Shown: piece after piece, positions 17,810-28,393 of the stretch
Numbering within the stretch: the stretch's first letter is position 1
Layout of the letters: each line of letters begins with the position of its first letter
DNA from: a virus
Length of the DNA: 64,000 bases
IMG/VR virus record: IMGVR_UViG_3300027972_000001
Location: 1 to 64,000 of that record
Reading direction: 5' to 3' (one strand)
The notes under the pieces: generated by a model
Database searches by the model: none
Told to the model about the DNA's origin: nothing
Seen by the model: only the letters and a program-made list of their open reading frames with translations
Made by a program: the position numbers and the translations under genes

Positions 17810-18505
17810 ATGGATACACCAAAAAAGACACGATGGAAATGGTTATTAATATTATGGCTTCCTATTATTGCTATAGTTACATCATTATTTACTGAAAATG
17901 ATGTGGTAGCTAGCAAAAGTAATAGTCCAATTATTGTCCGAGATACTATTACAATTGTAGAAACTGTAATAAAAGATGACCTTCCCGTTTATCTTTATGC
18001 TCTTAGATCATTAGAAGCTAATTTGAATTATAAAGCTAGAAGAATAAATACTGATAAAAATGGAAAAAAATCAGGTAGCCAATATATAGGAGCTTATCAG
18101 ATGGGCAATAGTGCTAGAGAGCAAATAGGTCTTGCACATTTAAATAATGAAGGGGGATATAAAATTATCTTAAATGATAGTACCCTTCAAGACATTATAA
18201 TGATGCAATATCTAAAAGATCAAGTAATAGAAATGCAACCATACTTTAAAAAGTATAATAATACTAAAGTTGGTAAATGGTTTATTACTAATAGTGGCAT
18301 ACTTGCTATGTCACATTTACTTGGTACTGAAAATACCAAAGCATTTCTAGATAGTAAAGGACAGAAAATTAGTAAGGATGGCAATGGTCGTCCAATTACT
18401 GATTATCTTCAACTTAATAATTTTGATATTTTTGTAGATAGTATTCCAAATGAAAAATATCTACAAAGAGTTCTTAGTTTTAGTAATTTTAGTAGACCTT
18501 TTTAA
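17810..18505 (+). CDS. Membrane-anchored lysozyme/lytic transglycosylase-like protein
   Basis: N-terminal TM; LRSLEA (candidate catalytic Glu), GAYQMG and ILAMSHLLG. Confidence 0.6.
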   Translation: MDTPKKTRWKWLLILWLPIIAIVTSLFTENDVVASKSNSPIIVRDTITIVETVIKDDLPVYLYALRSLEANLNYKARRINTDKNGKKSGSQYIGAYQMGNSAREQIGLAHLNNEGGYKIILNDSTLQDIIMMQYLKDQVIEMQPYFKKYNNTKVGKWFITNSGILAMSHLLGTENTKAFLDSKGQKISKDGNGRPITDYLQLNNFDIFVDSIPNEKYLQRVLSFSNFSRPF

Positions 18506-18515
18506 ATTGATTCAT

Positions 18516-20612
18516 ATGGTAGGTGCGTATTATGATATAGAGGTGTTTAATAATTATGTGAGTTTCTTGTTTCTCAACATGACTACTAAACAAGAGTGGA
18601 TTGATATGTATATTGAAGCTGATATTAATAAAGATGTTCAGACTAAAAAATACGCACTTTCCCATATGGATTACAAACAATTTGTATTACATAGTGATAG
18701 ATATGATGCTATTGAATTTTATGATTTTATGAAAGATATTAAATTACTTATAGGATTTAATAATATAAGATTTGATGATCTTTTTTTAATGAAAATGTAT
18801 ATATTAAAAGATGTTGTACTTGATCCATCTACTCATTGGTGGGCTATTGATAGAATTAAAATATTAGCTGATGAAATTATAAATAACAATGATATTAATT
18901 ATAGATGGTTTGATGAAGAATTAAAAACGTTTAAACAATGGTGGACAAGTATAGATTTATTCATGGCATTATTTGAAACTATTTCTAGAAAAAGTTTAAA
19001 ACAATCAGCAATTAATATAAAGTGGTATAGAATAGAAGATTTACCACTTAAACCAAATAGTATTGTGACTAATGATCAATTTCAGTTAATTTTTGATTAT
19101 AATATGAATGATGTTCTTATTACTAGAGCATTACATTTAAAAAAGAAAGCTGAATTTGAATTGAGAATAGATATTGGAGCTAAATATGGGGTTAATGTAT
19201 TAAGCTCAAATAGAAGTAGTATAGCTGATAGATTGATGGCTAAATTTTATCAGGAATATACTGGTTTAAAATATTTTCAATTTAAAGATAAAAGAACTCT
19301 TAGAACAACCATAAATTTTGGAGAAATATTAAATCCAAAAATAAATTTTGTAACATCTAATTTAAAGCAAGTTTATGATGAAATATTAAATACTGAATTT
19401 TATATTGATAAAGAGTTTGTTAAAACTGTATTATTTAAAGAAAAAGGATATAAAATTAGAACTGGTGGATTACATAGTATTGATCGTCCAGCTAGATATG
19501 AAGCAGATTGTAAAAATGTATTTATGCGGGATGCCGATGTTAGTAGTTATTATCCTAGTCTTATATATAATGAGGGTGTATGTCCAGCACATTTAGCTCC
19601 TGTTGCATTCAGTCATATTGTAAATATGATAAAAACTGATAAAGCTAAATATAAAATAGAAGCTAAACAATTAAAAGCAGAAGGTAGATTAGCTGAAGCT
19701 AAATTTGCTAAAACTGGTGAAGCTGCTGTTAAGATTGTTGCTAATAGCGGATTGTTTGGTAAAATGGGATATGATGGTTGGTTATTTGATCTGAAAGCTA
19801 TGTATCAAGTTACATTAAATGGTCAATTATATCTTATGATGATGATTGAGCAACTTGAAGAAGCTGGAATTGAAGTTATAAGTGCAAATACTGATGGTAT
19901 TTTAGCTAGATTTAGTAAAGACAAATTTGATAGTTATAATAAAATTGTTACTGCTTGGCAACAATATACTAAACTTGAACTTGAATTTGTTAATTATATT
20001 AAATATGTCAGAACATCTGTTAATTCATATATTGCTATAAAAGAAGATTGGTTAACTAATCCTACTGGAGAAGATGTTATTAAAAGAAAAGATGAATTCA
20101 ATATAGAAATTGAATTATCTAAAGGATTTAATGCTCCAGTTGTAGCAATTGCAATTGATAAATGGATTGTAAATGGCATACGAGTTGAAGATACTATACG
20201 TAGTCACACTGACATTTATGATTATTGTATTAGTGTAAAAACCGGTGAGGTTTATGATAAACAATTACATACTACTCAAAATGGTAATTATACTGTAACT
20301 CCTTTATCTAAAAACTTAAGATATTATGTATCTAATAGTGGTGGTACATTACTTAAACACAAAGTAGATGGTGATAATATTGATAAATATGCTCAAATGA
20401 TTAAAGGAGTTTTAATTACTCCGTTTAATGATTATTTTAAAGTTGCTGATATGAGTGATTATGATATTAATTATCAATATTATATTAAACGAGCTATGGA
20501 TATTCTTCTAAAAATTGAAGGAGAATATAAACGTCCTGGAGCTAGCAGAATAGCTAGAACTAATAGAAAGAAAGGTGTTTCACAAATTGGTAAATTATTT
20601 GATAATATTTAA
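18516..20612 (+). CDS. DNA polymerase, family B
   Basis: Start reassigned to 18516. Exonuclease motifs YDIEV, GFNNIRFD and YNMND; polymerase motifs DVSSYYPS, KIVANSGLFGK and SANTDGI. Confidence 0.93.
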   Translation: MVGAYYDIEVFNNYVSFLFLNMTTKQEWIDMYIEADINKDVQTKKYALSHMDYKQFVLHSDRYDAIEFYDFMKDIKLLIGFNNIRFDDLFLMKMYILKDVVLDPSTHWWAIDRIKILADEIINNNDINYRWFDEELKTFKQWWTSIDLFMALFETISRKSLKQSAINIKWYRIEDLPLKPNSIVTNDQFQLIFDYNMNDVLITRALHLKKKAEFELRIDIGAKYGVNVLSSNRSSIADRLMAKFYQEYTGLKYFQFKDKRTLRTTINFGEILNPKINFVTSNLKQVYDEILNTEFYIDKEFVKTVLFKEKGYKIRTGGLHSIDRPARYEADCKNVFMRDADVSSYYPSLIYNEGVCPAHLAPVAFSHIVNMIKTDKAKYKIEAKQLKAEGRLAEAKFAKTGEAAVKIVANSGLFGKMGYDGWLFDLKAMYQVTLNGQLYLMMMIEQLEEAGIEVISANTDGILARFSKDKFDSYNKIVTAWQQYTKLELEFVNYIKYVRTSVNSYIAIKEDWLTNPTGEDVIKRKDEFNIEIELSKGFNAPVVAIAIDKWIVNGIRVEDTIRSHTDIYDYCISVKTGEVYDKQLHTTQNGNYTVTPLSKNLRYYVSNSGGTLLKHKVDGDNIDKYAQMIKGVLITPFNDYFKVADMSDYDINYQYYIKRAMDILLKIEGEYKRPGASRIARTNRKKGVSQIGKLFDNI

Positions 20613-20615
20613 ATT

Positions 20616-20765
20616 ATGGAAATAATAGAAATTGATACAGCAAATATAAGTTATGATGAAAATGGTGCTAGTTATGTTTGTACTAATCCTGATTGTGAGT
20701 ATGATGATATAAAACCTAGTCATAATTATTGTCCTAATTGTGGTGCAAAAATAAATTGGATTTAA
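20616..20765 (+). CDS. Small zinc-ribbon protein (49 aa)
   Basis: CTNPDC...YCPNCGAKINW. Confidence 0.8.
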   Translation: MEIIEIDTANISYDENGASYVCTNPDCEYDDIKPSHNYCPNCGAKINWI

Positions 20766-20783
20766 CATTTAAAATATGAAGAA

Positions 20784-21017
20784 ATGATAAAACTAGAAAA
20801 TACAACAGTAAATTACACAACTGCTATTATTGGGTTACCTGATTTTACTAAATTTACAATTAAATTGGAATATGAAAACAAGAGAATTGTACAGATAATA
20901 ATGGTTGATCTTAATAATGATTCAGTACTTAAATTAAATAATGAAACAGAACAATTAAGTGCTTTTTTACTTTTAATGAGAGAATATACACATAATATAG
21001 AAGAAGGAAAATTATGA
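20784..21017 (+). CDS. Hypothetical protein
   Basis: 77 aa, coupled to the next gene. Confidence 0.75.
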   Translation: MIKLENTTVNYTTAIIGLPDFTKFTIKLEYENKRIVQIIMVDLNNDSVLKLNNETEQLSAFLLLMREYTHNIEEGKL

Positions 21018-21445
21018 GTAAAAAAGAAACCTATAATTGTATTCTCTATGAAATTGGAGATAAAGTTAAAGAGAAATATGGTAGTGATGAAGTATTAGAA
21101 ATTGAATTTACTGATCTTAGACAAGTTGGCATTTATCCTACTTTATTTCTCAAATTTAAAGGAAAAGAACTTGATCCTACTAATTTCAGTAATCTTTATA
21201 TTCCTGCCGAAGAAACTATAGAAAAATATAAAGATGGATTAAAATATTTCAATGAAGTAAAAGTTAAATCACAAACTGAAAAAAGAGGATTTAGAGATCA
21301 TACTAGAAGTCATGAATCAATAACATTTACTAGACGTTTTAATCCAAAAACTGATAAACTCACTGAAGAAGATTTACGTCCTAAAATTGCTCCTAAAGGA
21401 TTATTTATTGGAAGACCCCCTATAAAAGAAAATGATGTTAAATAA
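21014..21445 (+). CDS. Hypothetical protein
   Basis: 143 aa. Confidence 0.8.
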   Translation: MSKKETYNCILYEIGDKVKEKYGSDEVLEIEFTDLRQVGIYPTLFLKFKGKELDPTNFSNLYIPAEETIEKYKDGLKYFNEVKVKSQTEKRGFRDHTRSHESITFTRRFNPKTDKLTEEDLRPKIAPKGLFIGRPPIKENDVK

Positions 21446-21460
21446 TTAAATTAAATCACT

Positions 21461-22177
21461 ATGGAAGATAAATTTAAAACTTTACTTGTTAAAGCACTTG
21501 CTATATTTAGTGCTTTTGTTACTATTCTATTAGTTCTTTTATTTTATTTTGGTAGTAAAAGACTTAAAAATCTTGAACAAACTGAACAACTCTATATAGT
21601 TGCAACTGATAGTCTAAAGTTAGTTAGAAATGAACTTGGACAACAGAAAGCTACTATTGAAGTATTACAATCTGATAATGCTACTATGTTTATTAGTTTA
21701 GCTAGTAAAGATAATGACATAATTAGATTACAAAATCTTGTAAAAAGATATAAGAAAGAAAATGGTGATTTAAATACTGCATTAATTCTTAGTAATGAAA
21801 CTAATATTCATTTAGAAGATAGTATAAGAAACTTAATTTTAAATTGGAAACCTGATCCTACTACTGGAATATTATATCCCACATATACAAGACCATTAGT
21901 TAATGATTGGTATAGTGGTAATATGACTATGGGATTAGATACTACATCACTAGATATTAAAATTAAGAATGATTATGATATTACTATTGGCAATGAAAAA
22001 GTAAGTTTATTTAAGAAGAAATATTATGCTAATATTACTAATCTTAATCCTGATACTGAAACTAAAGTAATGAAGGTATATCAAAAGAAAGAGGTTAAAA
22101 CTAAAATTATAACTTTTAAAGATATTGTTGATACTGGAATTGGTGTGGTAATTGGTTATTTGTTATTTAATAATTAA
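21461..22177 (+). CDS. Membrane-anchored coiled-coil protein, possible spanin
   Basis: N-terminal TM, coiled coil, and C-terminal GIGVVIGYLLF beta/TM segment. Confidence 0.5.
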   Translation: MEDKFKTLLVKALAIFSAFVTILLVLLFYFGSKRLKNLEQTEQLYIVATDSLKLVRNELGQQKATIEVLQSDNATMFISLASKDNDIIRLQNLVKRYKKENGDLNTALILSNETNIHLEDSIRNLILNWKPDPTTGILYPTYTRPLVNDWYSGNMTMGLDTTSLDIKIKNDYDITIGNEKVSLFKKKYYANITNLNPDTETKVMKVYQKKEVKTKIITFKDIVDTGIGVVIGYLLFNN

Positions 22178-22182
22178 ATGTT

Positions 22183-22437
22183 ATGTTTAATAAAAAAAGA
22201 ACTGAAAGATTAATTAAAGAAATTAATCAACACTTACAGATTAAACCAATTAATATTAGCTGGTTTAATAACAATTCTGTAAGAGTACATATTAGAAGAA
22301 TTAATACATTACATCGTATTCTTAGATATGTAGATTTAATAGAATTTCCAGATGCAAAAGTTGATAATATAAAAGATCATTATTGGTTAGATCTTATATC
22401 CTTTGATAAAACTGTTTTTATAACATATCATATATAA
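22183..22437 (+). CDS. Hypothetical protein
   Basis: 84 aa. Confidence 0.75.
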   Translation: MFNKKRTERLIKEINQHLQIKPINISWFNNNSVRVHIRRINTLHRILRYVDLIEFPDAKVDNIKDHYWLDLISFDKTVFITYHI

Positions 22438-22440
22438 ACT

Positions 22441-23952
22441 ATGGAATTAGATGTATCAAGACGTGATAGACAAATAGAAGGAGCTAATAAATGGCGTAAT
22501 GCTAGAGGTAAAGGAACATTAGTTCATCCAATGAGATTTGGTAAAACATTTGAAGCTATTGAATTTATTATCAATCCTCATTTAAATATAAATATTACCA
22601 ATAGTGTTATTGTTATTGTTCCTTCTGAAATAATCTTAAAACATTGGGAAGACAATCTTAAAAGTTATTGCAGTGATTTATTAAGAATCAATATAGTTAC
22701 TGCAAATTTTCTTTCTGTAAATCCTGATTATCAATATGAATGCAGTTTATTAGTTGTTGATGAACTTCAGAAATATCTTACACCTGAAAGAAAAAACATG
22801 ATTGATGGTACAAGAATTAAACATCATTATAGATTAGCTTTAACTGGAACATATCCTTCTGGTATTCAATGGATAGAAGAATTATATCCTATTATAGATG
22901 TTATTAATGAAGAAGAAGCAATAACTAATAAATGGATTAGTCCTTTTATTGAATATAATTGGCTTCTTGATCTTAATGCTACAGATAAAGCTAAATATGA
23001 AAAATTCAGTAAACCTATTACTGAATCATTAACTATGTTTAAATCTATATTAAACTTATTAGTTAGAGAAAATAATCAACGAATATTTAATGATGAATTT
23101 TCTTTATTACAAGCATGTAGTAGTGGATTTAAAACTGTCAGTCTATCTGGACAAGATAAATGGGTTACATATGATCAATTATGTAATACTATAGCATTAA
23201 TGTTAGGTTGGCATACTAATTTAGATATCAGTGTTCCAGTAAATGAAGAATTACATAAATTATGGAGTCCTATTGCTATTCATACTAGAGCTAAAACATT
23301 TGTAGATTATGTAAGAAAACGTAATGACATTCTTATTGATAATAATATTAAATTAGAAGCTGTAGCTGAAATTATATCTAGGAACTTTGTACCTACTATT
23401 ATTTTTAATGAAAGCACAATATTTGCAGATAGAATAACAGAATATCTTAATGCAAGATTTAATGGTGTTTATAAAGTTGCTTGTTACCATTCTAGAATTG
23501 ATTCTAGAATAATGATTGATCCTACTACTGGAGATTATTTTAAGTTTGCTACTGGTGATAGAAAAGGATTACCTAAAATGCTAGGTAAAGATAGTATAAA
23601 AAGAATAGTGATAGAAGGATTTAAGAATGGATATTACCAAGCATTATCTACTGCAAAAGCTCTTGATGAAGGATTAGACGTTCCTATAATTGAACAAGTA
23701 ATATGTACAGGTGGCACTACTAATCCAATGACCTATCAACAAAGAACTGCAAGAGGAAAGACTGTTGATTTTTATAATCCTGATAAACTTACTAAAATAT
23801 ATAATCTTGTTTTTGATGATTTTAGTAATAGTGAAGGAGAATTAATTAAAAGTAGAGATAAAACTAAGCTAATTTTAAGGCAACAAACAGCCGGATCGTC
23901 AATAAAATGGCTAAGAAATTTGGATGAAATAAATTTACCCACACCTGAATAA
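22441..23952 (+). CDS. SF2 helicase
   Basis: PMRFGKT, VVDELQ, LALTGT, LDEGLDVP and QQRTARG. Confidence 0.88.
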   Translation: MELDVSRRDRQIEGANKWRNARGKGTLVHPMRFGKTFEAIEFIINPHLNINITNSVIVIVPSEIILKHWEDNLKSYCSDLLRINIVTANFLSVNPDYQYECSLLVVDELQKYLTPERKNMIDGTRIKHHYRLALTGTYPSGIQWIEELYPIIDVINEEEAITNKWISPFIEYNWLLDLNATDKAKYEKFSKPITESLTMFKSILNLLVRENNQRIFNDEFSLLQACSSGFKTVSLSGQDKWVTYDQLCNTIALMLGWHTNLDISVPVNEELHKLWSPIAIHTRAKTFVDYVRKRNDILIDNNIKLEAVAEIISRNFVPTIIFNESTIFADRITEYLNARFNGVYKVACYHSRIDSRIMIDPTTGDYFKFATGDRKGLPKMLGKDSIKRIVIEGFKNGYYQALSTAKALDEGLDVPIIEQVICTGGTTNPMTYQQRTARGKTVDFYNPDKLTKIYNLVFDDFSNSEGELIKSRDKTKLILRQQTAGSSIKWLRNLDEINLPTPE

Positions 23953-23968
23953 AAAAAGTGAAGTTTTT

Positions 23969-24000
23969 CTTGCATATATCAAATATATAATTTATCTTTG
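23969..24000 (+). promoter_or_regulatory. Bacteroidota sigma-A-like promoter
   Basis: CTTG-N20-TATCTTTG (perfect TAnnTTTG), 27 nt upstream of the ATG at 24028. Confidence 0.75.
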
Positions 24001-24027
24001 AATAACTAAACTAATCAATAAAACAAA

Positions 24028-24987
24028 ATGAATAATGAAATAAGTGTCATTAAAAGAGATTTAGATTCTACAATCAAAGATTTTGAAAGAGTTAAAGAAG
24101 TAGCTGTTTATGTAGCTACAAGTGAAGTTTTTTCAAAAGGTTTTGAAAGTAAGAATGCTGATGGTACTACAAAAATCGATGAAACTACTGGTAAGCCATT
24201 AATTAATGTTGCTGATGTAGCATTATGTATAATGACTGGTTTGGAACTTGGTCTTAATCTCGCAGGTTCTCTTCTTTATGGTAAAAAATTGAATCAAGCT
24301 ACTTATATGTCAGTAATGAAGGGTAAAAGTCTAGGTATTGACATTGCTACTGCTATTGAAAAAGTTGTTTCAATTCCTACTAAAAATGGTTATGTTAGTT
24401 ATACAATGGTAGATATTATAAGTGCTAAATTAATGCAAGCACAAATTGAATTTTTACCATTTTTACGTAATTATGCTCCATTTTATATTTACCGTGATGC
24501 TGATAATAATGAATTAGATTTAGATAAAATTCTTGATGAAAATGATGATTTGAAATCTGAATATGTTGTAGTTGATACAACTGCTAAACCTGATGATATA
24601 AAGAAACAAGTTAGTGATATTAAAGCATCTGGCAAAATTGTAGTTACTAAAGAACGTCATGGATATTTTACTAAAGCTAAATTTGTTCGTAAATATCCTG
24701 ATGGTAGAACAGTAACTCATTTTCAAAGATTTAGCACTTTAGATGCTGAAAGAGCAGAATTACTTCCTACTTACGATGCTAAAGGAACAGTAATTCAAAA
24801 TGGTAAAGACAATTGGATTCATGGTACTCCACAAATGATGGCTAATAGAACTATTAGTATTGGTGGTAGAATTATAGCAGCAGATCTTCTTAATGGTGTT
24901 TATACTAGAGAAGAAGTTGTAAATAGTGGACTAATTAAAGAAGCAGATGCTCCAATTGTTGATACAGTTGCAGAAGTTATTAATTAA
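24028..24987 (+). CDS. RecT-like ssDNA-annealing recombinase
   Basis: DAERAELL...KDNW...PQMMANR...GRIIAADLLNGVYTREE. Confidence 0.65.
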   Translation: MNNEISVIKRDLDSTIKDFERVKEVAVYVATSEVFSKGFESKNADGTTKIDETTGKPLINVADVALCIMTGLELGLNLAGSLLYGKKLNQATYMSVMKGKSLGIDIATAIEKVVSIPTKNGYVSYTMVDIISAKLMQAQIEFLPFLRNYAPFYIYRDADNNELDLDKILDENDDLKSEYVVVDTTAKPDDIKKQVSDIKASGKIVVTKERHGYFTKAKFVRKYPDGRTVTHFQRFSTLDAERAELLPTYDAKGTVIQNGKDNWIHGTPQMMANRTISIGGRIIAADLLNGVYTREEVVNSGLIKEADAPIVDTVAEVIN

Positions 24988-25167
24988 CTAAAATAGATGA
25001 TAAGTAATTATTTTCTAAAAGTAAAATCGCAATATAAAAGGAAATATCCTAAAACTGCATTAATGCAAATTGGCGATACTTTACATAATCAAAAATAAAA
25101 GACTAATCATCAAAATTCTTTTCTTCTTATTATTAATTTTTATTGTTAAACTTAATGTAAATTAAAC

Positions 25168-25788
25168 ATGGAATTATCTAGATTTTCTACATCTTTCGTT
25201 GGAAAGGCAGTTCAGAGTGGTAGTAAGGTTCAGGGAAGTGCATATCCTACACTTACAGTAACATCCACAAAAGACAAATTTGTTCTTAATAATAAAGCTC
25301 AGGCACTTTTGGGCTTGTCAGAAGGTTCTAATATTGTAATGATTGACCTTAATAGAGGTTCAGTAGTTACAGAGGATTCTAATGCACGTTGGTATCTTAC
25401 AGGTGGATGGGATAAAGGTAAAGGTCAGACTGAAGGTGCTAAACTTGGAAAAGGTGGAAGTTTCTCATATGCTGGAATTTATTCAGCAATTCAGATGAAT
25501 AAACCTGACATTTCTGAAGCTAGTGTTAAAGATATGGTAGCTGCTGGAAAAGGCATCACACGTGTTACAGGAACTAAAGAAGACCCTAAAGAAGCATTTA
25601 TTGCTCTTCAGAAGGTTACTTTTAAAGTTGAAAAACTTGTTCAGCCTAATGAAGTTGAAGGTGAACCTGATTTGACAGAATTTGAAGTTTCTAAGGGTAT
25701 ATTCCAGCCGGTTTATGCTCTTACTGAAATGGATGTTGTTGCTCATACTCCACGTGCTGAAGGTGAATCTGAAGGTGAAGACGAATAA
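25168..25788 (+). CDS. Abundant beta-rich protein with acidic tail (possible SSB)
   Basis: 206 aa, C-terminal EGESEGEDE, optimal-looking codons, own terminator. Confidence 0.5.
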   Translation: MELSRFSTSFVGKAVQSGSKVQGSAYPTLTVTSTKDKFVLNNKAQALLGLSEGSNIVMIDLNRGSVVTEDSNARWYLTGGWDKGKGQTEGAKLGKGGSFSYAGIYSAIQMNKPDISEASVKDMVAAGKGITRVTGTKEDPKEAFIALQKVTFKVEKLVQPNEVEGEPDLTEFEVSKGIFQPVYALTEMDVVAHTPRAEGESEGEDE

Positions 25789-25826
25789 CTAGTCCTTTCT
25801 AACAAATTTTTGAATATTCATTATGA

Positions 25827-25869
25827 TAGGGATAGTTATTTTAAAGTAGCTATCCCTATATTTCTTTTT
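25827..25869 (+). terminator. Intrinsic terminator
   Basis: TAGGGATAGTTATT-TTAA-AGTAGCTATCCCTA followed by TATTTCTTTTT. Confidence 0.8.
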
Positions 25870-25890
25870 ATTAATTTAATTTTTATACTT

Positions 25891-26721
25891 ATGCCATTAC
25901 TTGATATTAATACACAAACAACTAGTAGACTAGGATTAGAACCAATAAAGAATCCAGCAGGTGGATATTTATATGAAGGTTGTATTCCTACTAGAGTTAT
26001 AGATTTCCATGTAACTCAGCAAGATCATACAAAAGGTGAATTTAAAGATCTTAAAGTACCTGTTTTACAAGTTGAATTTGAGAATTTCAAACTCAATGTT
26101 AATGATCCTGATCGTTTTTATACTCATTCATTTAAAGTAGTAGGAACTAAACAACTTGTTCAAGGTACTACTGATCAGTATGAAAATAGAAAAGCTGAAG
26201 AAATTGATGTTGATACTCAAACATTATGGAAAGCTATTAAACATTTTCTTGAAAATCTAACAGGAAGTCCTAATTATAGAAATATAGTTAATATTCCTAA
26301 AGCAGATCAAATTAAATATCTTGATCTTCCTGGTATCGCTGCTCCTGCAGAAAGAATTAAAGGATATGAAAATTTCTTTAATTATCTTGTTGCTTTTGTT
26401 AATGGAGATGGAAAAGACATCAAATCTCAAATTCTTGATGCAGAAGGAAAAGGACTTTCAATGTGGTTAAAAATGCTTCCTAATTATGATAAAGATCCTA
26501 AGAGAAATGCTAAATACTATGCTATCTCTAGATTTATTAATCAAGGGGTATTTGAACCTATGAAAGTTGATAAAGGACTTCCTGCTGGTGGACCTAAAAT
26601 TATTAGAGTTAAACCAACAGAATCTTTAGCTCTTGTAGCAACTTTAGTTCCATCTGGTAATACAGTTATACCTGGACATGGTGGTGGATTATCTCCTGAA
26701 GTTGCAAATCTTTTAAAATAA
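25891..26721 (+). CDS. Replication-module protein (possible ssDNA-binding)
   Basis: Start reassigned to ATG 25891 because a terminator lies within 25810-25890. Directly upstream of the primase. Confidence 0.55.
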   Translation: MPLLDINTQTTSRLGLEPIKNPAGGYLYEGCIPTRVIDFHVTQQDHTKGEFKDLKVPVLQVEFENFKLNVNDPDRFYTHSFKVVGTKQLVQGTTDQYENRKAEEIDVDTQTLWKAIKHFLENLTGSPNYRNIVNIPKADQIKYLDLPGIAAPAERIKGYENFFNYLVAFVNGDGKDIKSQILDAEGKGLSMWLKMLPNYDKDPKRNAKYYAISRFINQGVFEPMKVDKGLPAGGPKIIRVKPTESLALVATLVPSGNTVIPGHGGGLSPEVANLLK

Positions 26722-26736
26722 AATTGTAGTATTAAT

Positions 26737-26770
26737 AAAGGGGTAGTAAATAATACTATCCCTTTTTTTT
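26737..26770 (+). terminator. Intrinsic terminator
   Basis: AAAGGGGTAGTA-AATAA-TACTATCCCTTT followed by TTTTT. Confidence 0.85.
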
Positions 26771-26781
26771 ATATTTTATAT

Positions 26782-27897
26782 ATGCAATTACTTGATAACA
26801 GTAACCTAAAAAAATACATTCTGGAAACATTTGATCAAGTTGAAATCTTTGCTACATATTTAGAAGTTCCTGAAACTGATATTAATTATTGTTTAAATAA
26901 TAAAAATTATAAAATTAGTAATCCCCTTAGAGATGATAGAGATCCTTCATTAGGTTTTATGGCTGTAATGGATAGAACTACTAATCTATATAAATTGAAA
27001 ATGTATGATTGGGCTGATCCTAGTTATAGAGGAGATTGTTTTGATTTAGTTGGTAAAGTACGTTCATTAAATCCTAATAAAAGTATTGAATTTATTACCA
27101 TATGTAAAGATATTATATATAGTATGAAAAATAAGACTTTACAACAAAATACTAATTTAATAGTTAATCTTAAACAAGAACTTTTTACTCAAATACATAT
27201 TGAACCTAGATTATGGAATAGCAAAGATATTAATTTGTGGAATAGTTTTGGACTCCCATTTAATGAATATAAACATATAATATTTCCTTTACAACATAGT
27301 TTTATTTCCAATTATTGTGATTATACGTATGAAGAAAATGATCCTGGTTATGCATGGATAAGCGGATATTATGAAAACAAGACATTATATACTCTTTATT
27401 TTCCATTTAGAGATGGTAAAGATAAATATAAACCAAGATTTAAAAAGAATAATAAATTTTATCCTATAGAATGTATTCATGAATTAAAACCAGCAGATAT
27501 TTTAGTAATCACAAAAGCATATAAAGAAAAATTACTTATTAGTAGATTATTATTTAAAATTAAAAAAGTACATACTATACAAGTTACTAATCTGACATCT
27601 GAAAGTATAATATTATCTGATAATTTTGTAATGAAATTATATGATATTTATCCTACAATTGTTACAAATAGTGACTTTGATTATACAGGTTTAAAAACTA
27701 GTGGAGAACATAAAAGAAAGTATGGTATGATAAGATTTATTCCTACTAATGGTAAATATGGAACATATGATTTTGGAGGTAAAGATTTATGTGATATTCA
27801 TGCTGCTAAAGGTATTGATTATGCAATAAATTTATTGCAAGAAGCATATACTTATTTAAGAACTGAAATTGAAATAGAAAATGAAATTAATTTATAA
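26782..27897 (+). CDS. DNA primase (crAss-type, TOPRIM)
   Basis: SNPLRDDRDPS, GDCFDLV, VITKAYKE, DFDYTG and GKDLCD. Confidence 0.85.
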   Translation: MQLLDNSNLKKYILETFDQVEIFATYLEVPETDINYCLNNKNYKISNPLRDDRDPSLGFMAVMDRTTNLYKLKMYDWADPSYRGDCFDLVGKVRSLNPNKSIEFITICKDIIYSMKNKTLQQNTNLIVNLKQELFTQIHIEPRLWNSKDINLWNSFGLPFNEYKHIIFPLQHSFISNYCDYTYEENDPGYAWISGYYENKTLYTLYFPFRDGKDKYKPRFKKNNKFYPIECIHELKPADILVITKAYKEKLLISRLLFKIKKVHTIQVTNLTSESIILSDNFVMKLYDIYPTIVTNSDFDYTGLKTSGEHKRKYGMIRFIPTNGKYGTYDFGGKDLCDIHAAKGIDYAINLLQEAYTYLRTEIEIENEINL

Positions 27898-27904
27898 ATT
27901 AATT

Positions 27905-28393
27905 ATGAAAAATATTTATCCTTCTAACCCTGTAGTAGAACAATTAATTATTAAAGAAGATAAAACTAATATTCTTAAAATAATATTGTTTACGCCACTT
28001 ACAAAACAACAATGTGATGAATTTATAATTACTTTAGATAAATATTTAGTATTTCCTAAATTAAGTAATAAAAGAATAGAATTAAATAATTTATTATATA
28101 AATATCATAACTTCACATTTGATGATATTATTGGATTAGGAGATACTAAATTAGATACTAGATCAGTCAATTCTTATATTGAATCTGTTCCTGTAAAATT
28201 AAATGATACAGTAAAAAAATCATTTAAATGTTTTGTCAATAAAGACTGGAGAGAACCAAAATTTAATGTTGTTTATCATGAAGATGGTGGTTGTAGTTGG
28301 AATTGTTTAATGCAAAAATTAAGAAATCCAGAATATGGTATTGTTTTTAGTATTCCTTATACTGATAAATCTAAATTCAAGATCAATGATTAA
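27905..28393 (+). CDS. Hypothetical protein
   Basis: Probable start at 27905. Confidence 0.75.
   Translation: MKNIYPSNPVVEQLIIKEDKTNILKIILFTPLTKQQCDEFIITLDKYLVFPKLSNKRIELNNLLYKYHNFTFDDIIGLGDTKLDTRSVNSYIESVPVKLNDTVKKSFKCFVNKDWREPKFNVVYHEDGGCSWNCLMQKLRNPEYGIVFSIPYTDKSKFKIND

Noticed and set aside
1389-20612. Inteins or group I introns in TerL, the helicase or PolB
   Set aside because: Protein lengths are ordinary, motifs are contiguous, and there are no obvious intein termini or splits.
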